From positions 10,726,001-10,790,000 of the forward strand of contig JAQFVV010000003.1 in NCBI GenBank assembly GCA_028023455.1: a stretch of DNA of 64,000 nt, in the 5' to 3' direction. This document shows, one piece after another, positions 13,920 through 27,890 of this stretch. How positions within the stretch are numbered: position 1 is the first letter of the stretch; each line of letters begins with the position of its first letter. Position numbers and translations under genes: made by a program. The notes under the pieces are model-generated. The model was not told where the DNA came from and made no database searches. It saw only the letters and a program-made list of their open reading frames with translations. This stretch comes from Epiperipatus broadwayi (taxonomy: Eukaryota > Animalia > Onychophora).

Positions 13920-14245
13920 CTGTGATATTCCTGAAATAGAATGAAATGCAATGGACTATTTCCAAAAATATGAAATCCTACCTCTCCGAAAAGCGTGCAT
14001 TAATGATCACAATATGACTGCACCCCACTGGCTTGAATAAAATGAAAATATTTATTTATTTATTTTTGTCATTTTTCTGTTAATAAGTTAATACAAAAAA
14101 AAAAAAACAACTGTTAAATATTGTAATTAATTTTTCCACAATGATTTCTTTTTTAAAATAACAATCATAAAAAATAAAATTAAATATTAAATACATTTTC
14201 TAATAGGCATTTTTTTTATAAAACATTTTTTGGGTGCCCTAAGAT
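13920..14245 (+). repeat. Repeat homologous to the interior of the MITE at 27891-28561
   Basis: Colinear with about 28200-28500 (e.g. gtgcattaatg.tca.aatatga, aattaatttttccacaatgattt). No TIRs seen here. Confidence 0.65.
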
Positions 14246-15528
14246 AAATTTTCAATATAGTATTACAGAAAATATTCAACTACTCTTAAATAATAGACAA
14301 TTTATCAAGAGAATTCAAAATATATAATTATAAATATCCAACAGCATTTATTGATTGACTATTATTAATATGGGAATCAAAAAATAGCACCCTTGATTAC
14401 TTAGTAAAATGCTTTCCTATTTTTAACTACAATATAAGTCCTGGAACTGTTAATGGGAATAGTATGTTTACTTCGAGAACATGTTAAGAGGTTTTTCAGC
14501 TCCTGCATTAACTCTTAATACCCTGCCTGTAATTATAGTTCTCAATGTTTTTATAAAGCATGTGACATTTAGAGCCAAGTAGCAGATTGTGCATAACAGT
14601 TCCAGATAATTAATTGATCAAGCTGAGGTTTTTTTAAAATTATTTTCTCAAAATTTATATGATACAAAAATGCAAACAGAATAGATTTTTTTTTATTAAC
14701 ACAGTAAGATTTATTTATATTATTTAATTCAAAGCAATAACAAAAAATTATTTTGGATAAAAAAAAAAATCAATTTTCTTTTTTCCATAATAGAAGAAAA
14801 TGTATATTTGTTTTTAGTAAATTAAATAAATTTTTCACAAAAAGAAAAAAGTTAAAAATTAAAAAAATCTTGGACAACTTCAATTACTTATATAAAATTA
14901 TTAATACAGATAGAAACAAAATAAATAAAATTAACCATGGAATTAAAATTGGATAAAGTGCTTTCAATAGTTATTTATTATTAAACAGGGAAATAAATGT
15001 TTGAATTAATAGATTTTACTAAACTGAAAATTGGGATATTTAAAGAAAAACAATAAAGAAATTTCTAATCACATGGAGCAGTATGGAAAATATCATTCAA
15101 CTATATATATTGAAACAGTCAGCTTTGTCAACCCTACTGTTTCACCTACTATATACTATAGTAGTATTTCTATATAAGTATCTATCACCAAATTCTCGTA
15201 TATACGGTTAATAGTATATTCAAATCAGGCTGGATTTAAATATAAAGGTATTAGTTATGTATATGTGCGTATATTTTAAGCCTAAAAGATAAAAGGTGTA
15301 TCGGTATATGTAAAAACCCATATATACACACATATTTCTAGGAGTAAATTAATGAAAACTGCATTGTATGTGTAACGAGAGACTACATATATGCAGGAAA
15401 GAATAATGTTAACAGATTTAAAACATTATAAATTTATTTATTTAAATTATTTATTCTAAAGAAAAATAATATTTGAAATTATTGTATATTTCTGCATATA
15501 TTGCTAAATTAAATATTCAAGTTACATA

Positions 15529-15645
15529 TATAACCAGATGTTTTCCATTTATAGATTTGTTTTCAAAAAATTGGTATTATAAAATTTATAACCAGATGTT
15601 TTCCATTTATAGATTTGTTTTCGAAAAAATGGTATTATAAAATTT
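15529..15645. repeat. 58-bp tandem duplication (2 copies, 2 mismatches)
   Basis: tataaccagatgttttccatttatagatttgttttc... starts at 15529 and 15587. Confidence 0.9.
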
Positions 15646-15817
15646 AATTTTCTCGCTGTAGTGTAACCTAATTACCAAAACTAAAAGTAACACTAAGTTG
15701 TAGGATAAATTATCCTGAGTAATTAAAAAGAAATCATGAATGACCGGCTGTAAAACTTCACTATAAGAAATAAAAACAAAGTAATTATACGATTCTAGGA
15801 ATACAGCGAGAAAATTA
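15645..15817. repeat. 16-bp perfect inverted repeat (MITE-like)
   Basis: taattttctcgctgta (15645-15660) versus tacagcgagaaaatta (15802-15817). Confidence 0.5.
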
Positions 15818-17944
15818 GCAAAACAAATTAGAAAATTACTATGACCGAGAAGAAGGGGGGTAAGCGGAATATATAAGCTTCTGCAACCATTTTGAAAGGA
15901 GTCGGACATTATTTCATTCAACAACTTATGTTTAAAATTATTAATTAAGGTGCAAGTTGAGTAGAAGGCAAATTTTCTTGCCTTCCCGACTCAAAAAGTC
16001 TACCAATGCGGGAAGCAGTGAAGGAAAAGCCGTAGGAAGCAGATGCCTATTTTCATCCGCAACATGAAACAAGTACAAGCAGCAGAGAGCCCGGTAAAAC
16101 CTTTCCTCTACTTAAAGATTAATAACTCGGATAAAATGCGATAATTCCTAAAGCTAGCTAAAATTAAACCCTATGGCCATAGCAATAATGCAAATTTTGA
16201 TTTCTTTATTTTTCTTTAAATCCACTACTAAATGTAATTTTGATTTCTTTTGTTTTCACCTTAAAATCTTGCCTGATTTACATTTAATTTAATATTTGAT
16301 TTAGTTTAATAACTGATTTGAGTTAATAACTAATTTGGTTTTCATACTGAATTAATATCATATTTATTGATTTACGTACTCTATATTAATTTATGTGTTG
16401 GTTTGCTAAGTTATCTCCGATTGACCTCATTCAACGTATTTACAGTTTCCTGATTTATTTAGTTGTGACTTGCTTAAAGTGATTGATCTTAAATTAATTA
16501 TTATAAGTTTCGTTATGTATAATTTTAAATGCTTTATTCTAAATTGTATCTAATTTTAAATGTTTCATTCTAAAATGATAATTAAGTTTCTAGATTATTT
16601 TACGTATTTTAACTTAATGATATGTGCTTTTACATATTTTAATATAATAATAATATTTGCCTTAATTAGTTCTTGTACACAACTTAAGTTTGTCTTGAAC
16701 TGGGTCAATCAGATATAAACTAATTGCATTGCAATTCCATTTTAAACTATGCTAAAACAGAGTCAAATTTTAGATATATATTCATTAAACATACATTTTT
16801 TCTAAGTAAATCTATGCCATTTTATGATTTTCCATTGCTTAGTAGTTTGTGCTATATTTATTTAAAACGGGATTTTACTACTGACTAAATGCTTAGTGAG
16901 AAGCCGTTACAGGTTCACACCTAGAGAATAATATAGAGTCTAGGATGCAAAAGAAAACAGTTTTGAAAGGGGTAAAATATCTTGTTTTAAGAGATAATTA
17001 AAAAGCGTACAGCTGTTTTAAGATAGATTTGCTTTCGAGATATTTAACTAATGTTTAGCCAGAGTGATTGAGATACAGCATAGAGCTATAACTTTATATC
17101 TTAATGCCCAATAATGTGCTGTACTTCCTCCTGAAGTTATAAAATTCCTATATAGATAGCTTTATAAATTAGATTCCTAGTTTTTCCTTAATAGCATAAT
17201 TATACATGCTACCTAATGAACTGATATACGATAGTTTCGTGAAGGAAACTAGTGTTTAACGTCATAAAATTTTAATTATATAAGGTGGTCAGCGGTGTGA
17301 GTGTGTTTTTAAACACTACGGCGTATATATATATATATTTGTTGCTGTATTCCTTAATGGTTTGTATGTGGTCGCGCTGCACCATTACTCTTAGTTCAGG
17401 CAATTTTCTTCTTCAGATGGTGGATGGATTCGAACTCCCCCTTCTGCATCCTTAGGAACAGAACATGAGACTCCCACGGAGCATAAGACTCCCATTCATA
17501 TAAATTGCTCGATCGCCGGATTAAAAGGTCGTTATCTTATTTCCACAGCAATGAATGTGGTTACTTGGTAAAAATTCCATAAAAAGGCACTCTCAAGATG
17601 CAAGGGCTATATCAGACTTTATATTTTCTATATGCCATGGTATCTGAAGTCTGACTGCCAATCATCAGTTCATCCCGCCATAATAATTGTCTTTTCAGCT
17701 TTGATCTGAATTCGAGTCTAATTTTAAAGACACATAAGCTATATAGAGAATATTAAGTATTAGTGTTTGATAAAATGTCATATTCTTTATCAATATGTAT
17801 AATCACTTCTGCTAGCTCTAGAGCGGATCTAGACCCCGTTATAGCATGAACTAGGCATAGATGGTTATGAGCAAATTAACCTCATTCTATAATGTAATAT
17901 TAAGGCTCATGAAAATATAAATGTTAAAACGTATAATTTCTTAA

Positions 17945-18275
17945 TCACCTGCGAGTGATATCTATATGTAGCAAACTCAATTAAATGATTTGTAATCCAA
18001 ACTACAATCACCTGCGCGTGATTGGAATTGCTATATAAACAGTTAAATCATCATCTACAAGTGATATATGTATTTGAAATGAATCTAATAATGTAACTAA
18101 CCAAAATGATTAATGTCAACTGTGAGTGATTTACATTGTACCAAAAGTATATGTAAATTAAAGCCATATGTAACTAGGCAAACCATAAATGATTATAACT
18201 CCAGTCATCACTTGTGTGTGAATCCCAAACTCAAATATGAAATTGTATCCCTAACTTAGTCACCTGCGTGGGATA
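17945..18275. repeat. Irregular array of six TCAC-N6-GTGA-like palindromic motifs
   Basis: Motifs start at 17945, 18008, 18051, 18116, 18208 and 18260 (e.g. tcacctgcgagtga, tcacctgcgcgtga). Spacers share atgta(g/a)c and taaatgatt remnants. Confidence 0.6.
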
Positions 18276-19837
18276 CAACCGATGTAGCCAAGTTATAGTC
18301 ATCATTTTCATTTATTGATTTTATAATTTATTTTTCATTAAATTGTGTTTAAATTTAACTTTTGTGTCATGTCTCAATGTTGCACATTGATAAGTCTTTA
18401 TTGATTAGTTAATCATTAGTTAAGAATCACAATCCATATTTTATAATTATGTTCTGCCACACACATCATTTATATAGCTATACTCATTAATAAGTCAACT
18501 TATTCTAGTCTTGTGCTTTACTGATGTGCTACTGCTGGCACGTGCTGAAAGAAAGGGCTGCTGTGGCTTCATATGTGTCATCCGCAAGGTGGTAAATCTT
18601 TGAACATTTCTAAAGGAGTTGGGGTTATATCAGACAACGTGGTTCGTACCACTCTATGCTGGTCAGCCCTGGTATGATTTACTAAAGTTCTGGATTTTGT
18701 TGCGCGAATGTACAGATTTGACTGTTACAATATATATATCTCATTATCAATTGAAAATGATGATTCACACAATATACTACGTATACATATTGTCCTCAGA
18801 TAAAGGCAGATTATTATTTATGCAATAAAGCATTATAATCAGGTAATAATATATGATCATCTGTGACATTTTTATTTGCTTGCCTTTTTTCAACATAATT
18901 TATATTAGTTCTTCAAACGCAACATAATAATGAAGCCTTTTATATTTATTTAATACAAACACATTTTATTATTCATTCATATATTAAATATGAGTATAAT
19001 AATTATATATATGACAAATATTGAATCCTACTCGATGTCGGATCTACTATCTTTATAACTGGGTAAAACAATGGATTCATTTTGGTTTGCTAAGCAGATT
19101 TGACAGTAGAGAGGAGAGCATAATATAAACAGCACTTGGAAAAAGTTTTGTAGTTAGTAGTGCATTAATTGATGTATAATATAAATACATATTTATTCTT
19201 ACTTCTTATACAATATAAAATAAATGAAATATACATATATGAACTGAAGTGCCCTGACACTTTGATCTGCCATTGCCATGTCTATGACTATTCGAGCCAA
19301 AAAAAAAATTCCAAATTCTATTCAGGCTGAAGATTTTCTTTTAATTAGTTGGTCAAATCAGATCCCCTCCCTCTCTTAATATGGGTCGATAATGAATATT
19401 TATTCATAGCTATAGATCAAAACACTACAGGAAGCTTAGTATGCAATTCTTCCTTGTTGTTCTTTTATGAGAGGCACTGTGTAGGGGAGGCTTTTATTCT
19501 CGGCTATTTAATTAAAGGCTGCTTTGCCTTTATTTCATATGACTTCTCCCCTCTCACAGATATTAAAATGATTCTGTATCATTCAATAAAATTAGTATCT
19601 TGAAAAATTATATATATATATTGTACTTAACTCTTGCAGAAGCAGCAACCACAAAGTGCATTGAAGTGTGTTTAACAAATTTACTTTTTAATAATGTTAT
19701 ATTGATTTTACATTAGAAGTCAACACCTTCAATTATAATAAAACTAATTCGAATAGATTGCTGTCATTTAAATTTTCATAGGATACATAATTAAATAATA
19801 AAATGGCAGGAGAGGGACTATGTAAACCTAATGTTTT

Positions 19838-20600
19838 TATCGATAGAAGAACAGGAAAAAAATTAATAATATCTATTTTAAATGCACGAAATACAAACAC
19901 CGGCAGATGAGCAGACAACAGTCATCGATATAGATGTAATATAATTATGATTTGCTGTGATTTTAAAACCAGCTACCCTGTTTTATAACAAAAATAAATA
20001 AATTTATTTTTTAGTAAAAAATTAGCTTTTAATTATAAAGAAAAAAAAAGTGAAAACAAAATATTTCATTCCTCATCAAAATAGATAAGTGCAGCACTAT
20101 ATAATCTTTACAAATTAGTAATATAGGGTATATGAACATATATATATATATATATAGCCACAGGTATATAACAAGCCTGTGTTTCAGTTATTAAATTAGT
20201 AATAATAGAATAGTTTGTTGTTCGGATGATTATAAAAATTCAACAACAGGAAGTGATAGAACCGAGCTGCGATCTGTGTGTGGATCCTTAGCTCTTCATG
20301 TTATCGCGGTTCTAATAGCAAGTTTAGATGATAACCATAACCAAATCATAAAATAAAAACACACACATGAAAGAAAGGTTTTGATAAATAATAATATAAA
20401 CACTCAATCTTCTTTTTTATTTATTTATTAATAAAATTATAAATATATTTTCAACAATGTTTTTTTTGCTGTTGTTGTTTTCATTTAACTATCAACCGCG
20501 CACAGCTATGATTATGAAGCCATAGAGCTTTGAAAGCGCTAAGCTTTAAATAAATTTAATATATATAACTTCTTTAACGAGCGTTATAAGCGCATAATTA
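19838..20600. promoter_or_regulatory. Candidate promoter region (DRE motif, CpG-retaining)
   Basis: Perfect DRE TATCGATA at 19838-19845 and CATCGATA at 19923-19930. ETS-like CAGGAAGTG near 20248. CG dinucleotides are retained locally in an otherwise CpG-depleted window. Confidence 0.35.
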
Positions 20601-21833
20601 TTGATAAAGATACTTTAATAAATTTTCCTCTGGGTTATATTTTGTTTAGCAGTGATTAATTATATTTCAGCAATTAGAAAATTGAGGGACCCATATCTTT
20701 ATTAGTATATATATTTAGCCACAACTATTTCAAACTTTTAACATAAAACTGTATGTATTTGTTGCAAAAAGAAGTCTGTCGTTAATTGAAAAGAGACACT
20801 TTAATTCTTTTTTTTTTTTTTAGGTCTTAAAAAGGAGCAGAGTAAGCACAAATCTTGATGTCCAGTCTGTATATTCTTGTTTGTAATTGCAGCTGTTACT
20901 ACTATGTGTTTATTCATATGTTAAATGAACATGAATGGACTGCTCAGCCAAGCTTTTTTACCTCGAATTTACGATCAAGAATCACCATGGTCTTTCTTCT
21001 CAGTTGTCTGAAATATCAGCCGAGTTTTTTGAAGGGAAGAGATTTTAAAATACATATTTATAATCATGGCAAACTAAATTATGGCCCTAGTTCACAGGAG
21101 GCTGCAAACTCATGATCCAAGGGCAGCAGTTGGTGATCAAAGACAGAGAGTGCTAAAAAGTCATTAATTACAGATCTAGATTGCCATTTACTGATGGTCT
21201 TTTATTAAAAAACCTATAATTGCAGATCACTTTCAAGCAAAGCACGATTACATGATTTGGAAAAACTGTCTAATATTAAATGGGGACTGTTGGATTTTTT
21301 GAAGTTGAAAGAAAAAATGCTAAAGACAGTTGATTTAAAAAGTGAACATATATTTTACTACAGATTCAAATATTGCAAGGACTAGTGGATTGGGATTCAT
21401 TATATAAAATGTGGAAAAACAATATTGTGGAGATTGACAGTACATCAATCAGAATGGGAAGATTAGTTATTGAAATTAATGGAAGATACCAAATACAGAT
21501 AATTCAGATTTATTCCTTAACTCATTGTTAGATGAAGTAGAGGATTTTTACATGGATATGAAAAATGATCTTGATCAGACCAAACAACATGAGAGACAAT
21601 TTTGGAATTGGTAAATTATTTGAAAGGTGAAAATACTGTTAGTAGATGTGATTATAGTCATAGAAATAAGAAAGAACTGTGGAATTTGCAAAAAAGGAGA
21701 AACTAATTATAATTCTTACAAACTCATTATAATCAAGTACTATAAAATGATAACTTAAAATTCAAAAGTTTTATAATGCACTAAGCATGCTATCAAAAGA
21801 TTACTTCTAGAATTATAGTGCTTTTTAAATTTA

Positions 21834-21951
21834 GCAGTTAGAACTATGCTTATATATATATATATATGGACAGGGTTGGATATGTAAATGATGCAGTTAG
21901 AACTATGCTTATATATATATATATATGGACAGGGTTGGATATGTAAATGAT
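21834..21951. repeat. 59-bp perfect tandem duplication
   Basis: gcagttagaactatgct(ta)n tggacagggttggatatgtaaatgat starts at 21834 and 21893. Confidence 0.9.
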
Positions 21952-21959
21952 GCTTAATA

Positions 21960-22790
21960 TATACAAGGAACACTTTAATCTTTCATTTTTTTGACAATGG
22001 AACATGTAAATCCTTTCTGATAGAATGTAGATCCACCTCTTTATATTTTCTTTTTCTGTTCAATCTCTCTCAGCACAGAATGTTCTCACATTGGTGGGAA
22101 AGTGGCCTGTAATGAGCTCGTGATTGTAAAAGATTGTTTTGTAAGCCTTATTCTATTTGGCTCTGTTGTACAAATACGTGTATTGGGAAATTCTTGTGGA
22201 TATGTTTGCTCAAGATTAACCATAATATACGCACTACAGGACGAAGCACTGTGTGGTTTTATAGATGACTTGTAGAGCGTGCTTAGTTGGTATTTTGTCT
22301 TTTGAGTTGCTTAATGATAGAGGTGATTTAAAGCTTTATATTCCTTATATTTTTTTCAATTCTAGGAACTTATGGGAAGCTTATCCATGTTTTAGGCATA
22401 TTATTTGTTTTTGTTTTTATTATTTTCCAATTGTCTTTATTAGCATGTTATGATTATGTACAAGTCTTATGAGCTGGTTGATGTGAGCATCGATATTGTT
22501 CTTCCTATATACCTCATACCTGCATACATTTTTGTTTCTATACAAGAAATATTTGAAACCTGCAAACTTACGTTCTAAAGAGATTCTTGACTTGGGTTGA
22601 ATGGCTCCTCTTATTTGGATAGATTTTAAAGTCAAGTTCATTATTGTTTTTCTGGATGTATATGTCCAGAAAATTAATCTCATGATTTTTGTCTTCAATT
22701 TTCATAGTCCATTGTAGAGGCAATGTTTTTTCAAGATTGAAGTGTATATTGTTGATTTGATTTTCAGATGCACATATTATAAATTCTTTC
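21960..22790 (-). mobile_element. Penelope-like element fragment (RT thumb to GIY-YIG) nested in RTE
   Basis: Minus-strand WTMKIEDKNHEINFLDIYI and KFAGFKYFLYRN are typical PLE RT C-terminal motifs. A frameshifted CSAY..G...NISTRISQ near 22200-22260 is GIY-YIG-like. Confidence 0.7.
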
Positions 22791-25700
22791 TTTGAGAAAA
22801 AAAAAATGGAGAAAATGAAAATGGATAAGGAAGCATCCAAATGAAAATATGGAATTGGATTATATTTTGACTAACAGAAAATATATATTTCAAAATTATT
22901 ATGTTCTTAATAGATTTTTAACAGAAGTGATCATCAATTAGAGAATTATAAGATCCATATTAATGCAATGTACAGATATATACTAATGAAAAGGACAGTA
23001 TTAACAGTTGATATTCCTGACATTCAAACACATTCCATTAATTTAAATAGAACTTGCAAATCATTTTAAAGTATTAACAGACTTGAAAGATGATTTAGAC
23101 TTGACTGAAATCAAAAGGTAACTTATATTCTACTGAGAACTGCAAGAAAGATAAGTTAATATAAAATAGCAATTTACTAGTAAATTTCTTACTGAAACAA
23201 GACAATGTATGAAAAAAAGAAGGAATATGAGCATTTTAAAAAATGAATCATTAAGATTTGAATATCTAGAGTTTTGTAAAATGATGAGATAAAAAAAAAT
23301 TATATAAAATGTATAATTGTGAATTGGAAAAACTACAAAAGGGAATAAGTCTCAAAAGTGTAACAATATTTTACTATTGGAAGGAAAGTTATCTCAGCAA
23401 TAAGAAGAATATTATAAAGAATTATATAGTAATAAAGAACAGTAAAACAAAACATTCTCTACAATTTCTACATCTGAATTGCCAAGTACTTTAAATAAAA
23501 AAATGAGAAATGCAATTAAATTTACGAAGAAGAGAAAAACTTCAGAAAATGATGGAATTATTATTGGCATCTTAAAGAAAGCAAATGAAAAATTAGAAAA
23601 ATTGTTGGGAAAACTATTTGCTAAATGTCTACATGATAAAGATGTACCTGATCATTGATGTAATGCTGATATTTAAGAAAGATTATGGATAAAATGTTAG
23701 AAATTACAGATCTATCAGTCTTCTATCATTACAAGATAATTACAACTCATCTACAGTAAATTTTGAATTCAATCCACCCAAAAGGACAAAGATGATTTTA
23801 AAAATGATTTTAGCATAGTGGGTATAACCAAGCATTGAGAAAACTAATAATGCAAGTTGCCATTATTCTTTGGATTTAGAGATTATAAAAAAATTATTTG
23901 ATTCTATATTTAGTTCAGCAGTGATTAAAGCTTTGGAAATCAAGATATAGACTCAAGATATTATATTTAAAGAATATTTATCAAAATGTAACAGCAGTGA
24001 TTAGTTGCATGGTGACATTAAGATTAACATCAATAGCATAAAACAGGATATTTTACAAGAATTATTTTATGGATTAAAATAGAAAAAGTAAGGGAATAAA
24101 GGTAAATGGAAAGTATTTAAATCATTTACATTTTGCAGGTGATATCATTGTTTTTGCAAATAATGCTTTAGAACTTCAGGAAATGTGCTATCAGATGAAA
24201 TTTTAAAAAATAGAATTAAAGATAAAATTCTAAAAAGACTAAATTAATTTTCAGTGAGTTTGTGCAAAAGAAAAAAATAAAGATTGATGATCATGAATTA
24301 GATGTTAATGAATACAAATATCTTGTTTAGATTATTAATATAGATGGAAACAATGGATAAAATTAATTGTAGAATTAAATTTTGGTGGAGTGATTTTAGT
24401 AGGAAAAAAAATATTAAAAATAAATATGCCTATAATTTGAAAATGAAGATTCTTAATATGTGCGTGAGACTTTGGCACTAAACCCAAGAGCAATACTAAA
24501 ATTAAAGTCATTCGATGAAGAATGGAGAGATGTATATTAGGAGTAATAAGTAGAGATTGAAAATGAATGCATGAGTGAGAGAACAATATTGCTGACAACA
24601 TTGAAAGAATTAAGAGATTGAAATGTAACTAGACTGTATATATTTCTAGAAGAGAGAGCAAATGAACATTTAAAGTTTTAAATTGAATCTCAAGAGATTG
24701 TAAAAGACTTGAGAAGAAACTACTTGTGAAATGAATGAATAAAATGAGGATAGAGCTGGTATGGTATGAAGAAATGCTATGAATATGATTAATATTGGAG
24801 AGACTATTCTGCAATAGATTGGTAATGGCTGAAAATGATAAGACAATGGAAAAAAGTATATAAATGATCCTTAATACATATTCCAAGTGAAGTAGTGATT
24901 TCCTTTAGGCAAATCACCCCATGACTTCTATGTCAAATAAATATTATATAAATTCATTTTATATATGCTGTATTTCAAGCAAGTATTTATTGACTATAAT
25001 GATCTTTCAATAAATACAGATTAAAAAGTATGCTTTGTTTTATACTTAGATATATACAGATTAGTTTGTTGTTATGAAAAAAAAATTGATTTTATACATG
25101 AATAGGAGTATAAATAGTAGAAATATATCATCTGATCTTTAATAAAAACAAATCTATATCTAAAATTAAAGAAATATGATAATTTCTGATGGAATAAAAT
25201 AATTACTAATCATTAATCTGTTTATTTAAAGATTCTTATAGTGAAAGAGCATAGTCTTTAAATACATTTTTGTAAAATAAATGAAATAGAACTACTAATG
25301 TTTGACATCTGGAAACATATGAGATATCTTGTTCTAACCAAAAAAAGCTAGTTGTAAAATACATGTTGAGAATCATTTATGTATTTTTTCTACAATATTT
25401 ATAATTATATGCATGAATTGTGAAAATATCCAAATGTTTGCAGTATAAGAGACATGGTTGTAGTTTACATATAAGATCATTTGATTGAAAGAAGGAAATT
25501 GAATTGTTAAATAAGGGAGGCCATGCATTTATAAATCATAAAAAAGGTATATTGATCTTTAATAATAAAGTCTATATTAAAAGTTAATAGAAATATAATT
25601 CCTAGCCTAATAAAAAGTGATTAGTAATGAAAGACTACTGTTAAAGAATGTTCTTAAAAAAATGAGTATATGTGTATGTTAAAATTAAAAGCATTATCAT

Positions 25701-27890
25701 TGCTATTATTTTCAGTCTTCATTATTATTTTCAACCTGTTAAAAGATTTTGAATTCTGGTTTCTCTTCTCCACATCATTTCTGTAAACTGTTTAGTTTCC
25801 TTCTAGGTTTCTTACAATTACTTGGGATTTGTTATAAAACTTCATTTATCATCTATAATATTTCTTCTAGAAACATGTTAATTAACTATCATTTCAAATT
25901 CTTACTTCTCTCAATGATGCTACCTGTTTCTTTTCTCAGTAGCTATATAGTTGAGTTTCAGTTCTTTATTAATTCCAACATATATCTTTCTATATTTAAT
26001 ATTGTTTTGCAGTCTTCATATTGTATTTTTTTTTATTAAATCATCACCTTTCAACATTGAAAGAATACATTTCTTAAATATCCTCCTGAAATGCATAGTC
26101 TTTTTCCTTTTAATATTTATTTCTATTAAAAGCACTCCCGAGTTGTTTTTACAATTAATTTCATCATTGTATTTTTATCTATAAATTTGTCCAAGATATA
26201 TCGTTATTAACTTTTAATTCATTACTTTAATTAATTGTCAATTTCTATGTATTTTTTTAAAAAAAAAAACAACAACATAAAAATAAGCATTTTATAGCAA
26301 ATAAAATAATAGTAACACAAATTATAATAATAAAAATTGAAAGGTCAAAGAATCAGAATTGTATAGATATATTTTAAAAATTTGGTCAATGAAGGTATAT
26401 AAAAAATAGAATGTCCATTAGTCCATTATATATATATATATTAATGCAAGATCAATTATCAAAATTGTAAAACAAATTTTTGCAATCTCAGCATTTGTAA
26501 AATTAAAATCATCAAATTATTGTAGACAGAATAAAATAACAATGAAATATTGCTCAGTTGGATTCAACTTTTATTGACAAGCAATATATTTTTTCTGATA
26601 TCAACAGACTCTCTGATCAATTCTTCACAAAAATTTATTTTAGTAAAATAATAATAATCCAAGAATAAAAGGGAATTATACTTTTAACATTAATGTGAAA
26701 ATAGCATTGCAATTGACCTGCAGATTTCAATCACTTTGCCAAGCTCCTAATCTATAGAGGCAAAATCTGACAATGCCTATTGCCATAGCATTGTCCTGCC
26801 AATATTCAAGGATTTTCTTGTTACTTGATTTATTTTATCATAAACTTAAAGTCCATAGATTTATTCCATCAAATGACTATATTTACATACTCAAATCCAT
26901 ACCTTTTGCTATATCTTTCCATCCTTTCATATGAATTTTTACTATATATTAGAAGATAAATTGCTTCATAGAAAATTTATAAAAAAAACTATTAAATAGA
27001 TCAGCAGTATTATTAGCATATAGTTTCATCACTTAAGACATGCATCCATCAATATCCTCATTTGTGGATGCTCAACCAAAAATATTTCAATAAGAAAATT
27101 GTAGTAAAAAATGAACTTCTTGTAAAACATCAAATCATTTCATTTTTCCAGATTTAATGGTGAAAGCAATTGGATTGATCTTTTGGAACAATACTAGAAT
27201 CTCACCAACATAGTTACAAAGCTTATCTTGTTCAACCATATTTATATGCAATGGCAGAATTGAAAGCTTTATGCCCCTTGTTGGAATTAATTAGTTAAAC
27301 TATCTTTTAAAAATGTCAATTTATTGAATAAATAAAACTTGACCTGTTCGTATTAGAAATATTTTAAAAATTACTATGTTTAATAATTTAATTAAAGAAA
27401 TAGATTGAATTTTCATTCACCAATAAGGTACTTATTTCTCTTAAATAAATAAAAAACCTGTAAGTTATTTTTGTCAGCTGCAATTTAATCCCTATTGTTT
27501 CTGTGTGTTGATAACTCAAATTTGTAAGTGTTTACTGAGAAAAGTATGATAGTTTTCTCCTATATGTGAGGCATATTCAAATTACATCCTGCTAAAATAT
27601 ATTTTTAAAATACATCAAAAAATGTTTTATAACTCAAAATAAACATTTAGAGATATAAGTCATTGTTTGGATGTTTTATGCTATAAAATATCCAAGTACT
27701 GTTTGGGTTCAAACATTTTATGAGGCATAGGAATAGCTTATAAATTTACTATATATCAAGTTTTCTTTTCTCAGAATACAATATTTATAAAATGACATTT
27801 ATTGTTAGGAGAGAAAAAAAACAATGATGCATAAAGGTAAATTCTAAATTTTTATCTATTATTACACCATTAAAAATAATAAAATATTTT

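Larger units (their letters stand above)
20860..24890 (+). mobile_element. RTE-clade LINE, degenerate, interrupted by a PLE fragment
   Basis: 5' UTR and APE are colinear with the 9430 copy up to about 21730. It resumes at about 22790 (KHPNENMELDYILTN). RT remnants include NYRSISLL and HLHFAGDIIVF. Confidence 0.85.

Noticed and set aside
15662-16911. Solo LTR bounded by TGTAAC...GTTACA
   Set aside because: No TSD, PBS or PPT. The left end falls inside another inverted repeat, and the hexamer match is expected by chance.
18560-18600. HPQ-encoding segment as TIMP exon 1
   Set aside because: Not preceded by C-x-C and not followed by FC or a suitable donor.
20855-21115. ORF containing CNCSC as the missing TIMP exon 1
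   Set aside because: The sequence is the RTE 5' UTR (homologous to 9500-9720). It has no HPQ..FC and no phase-1 donor.
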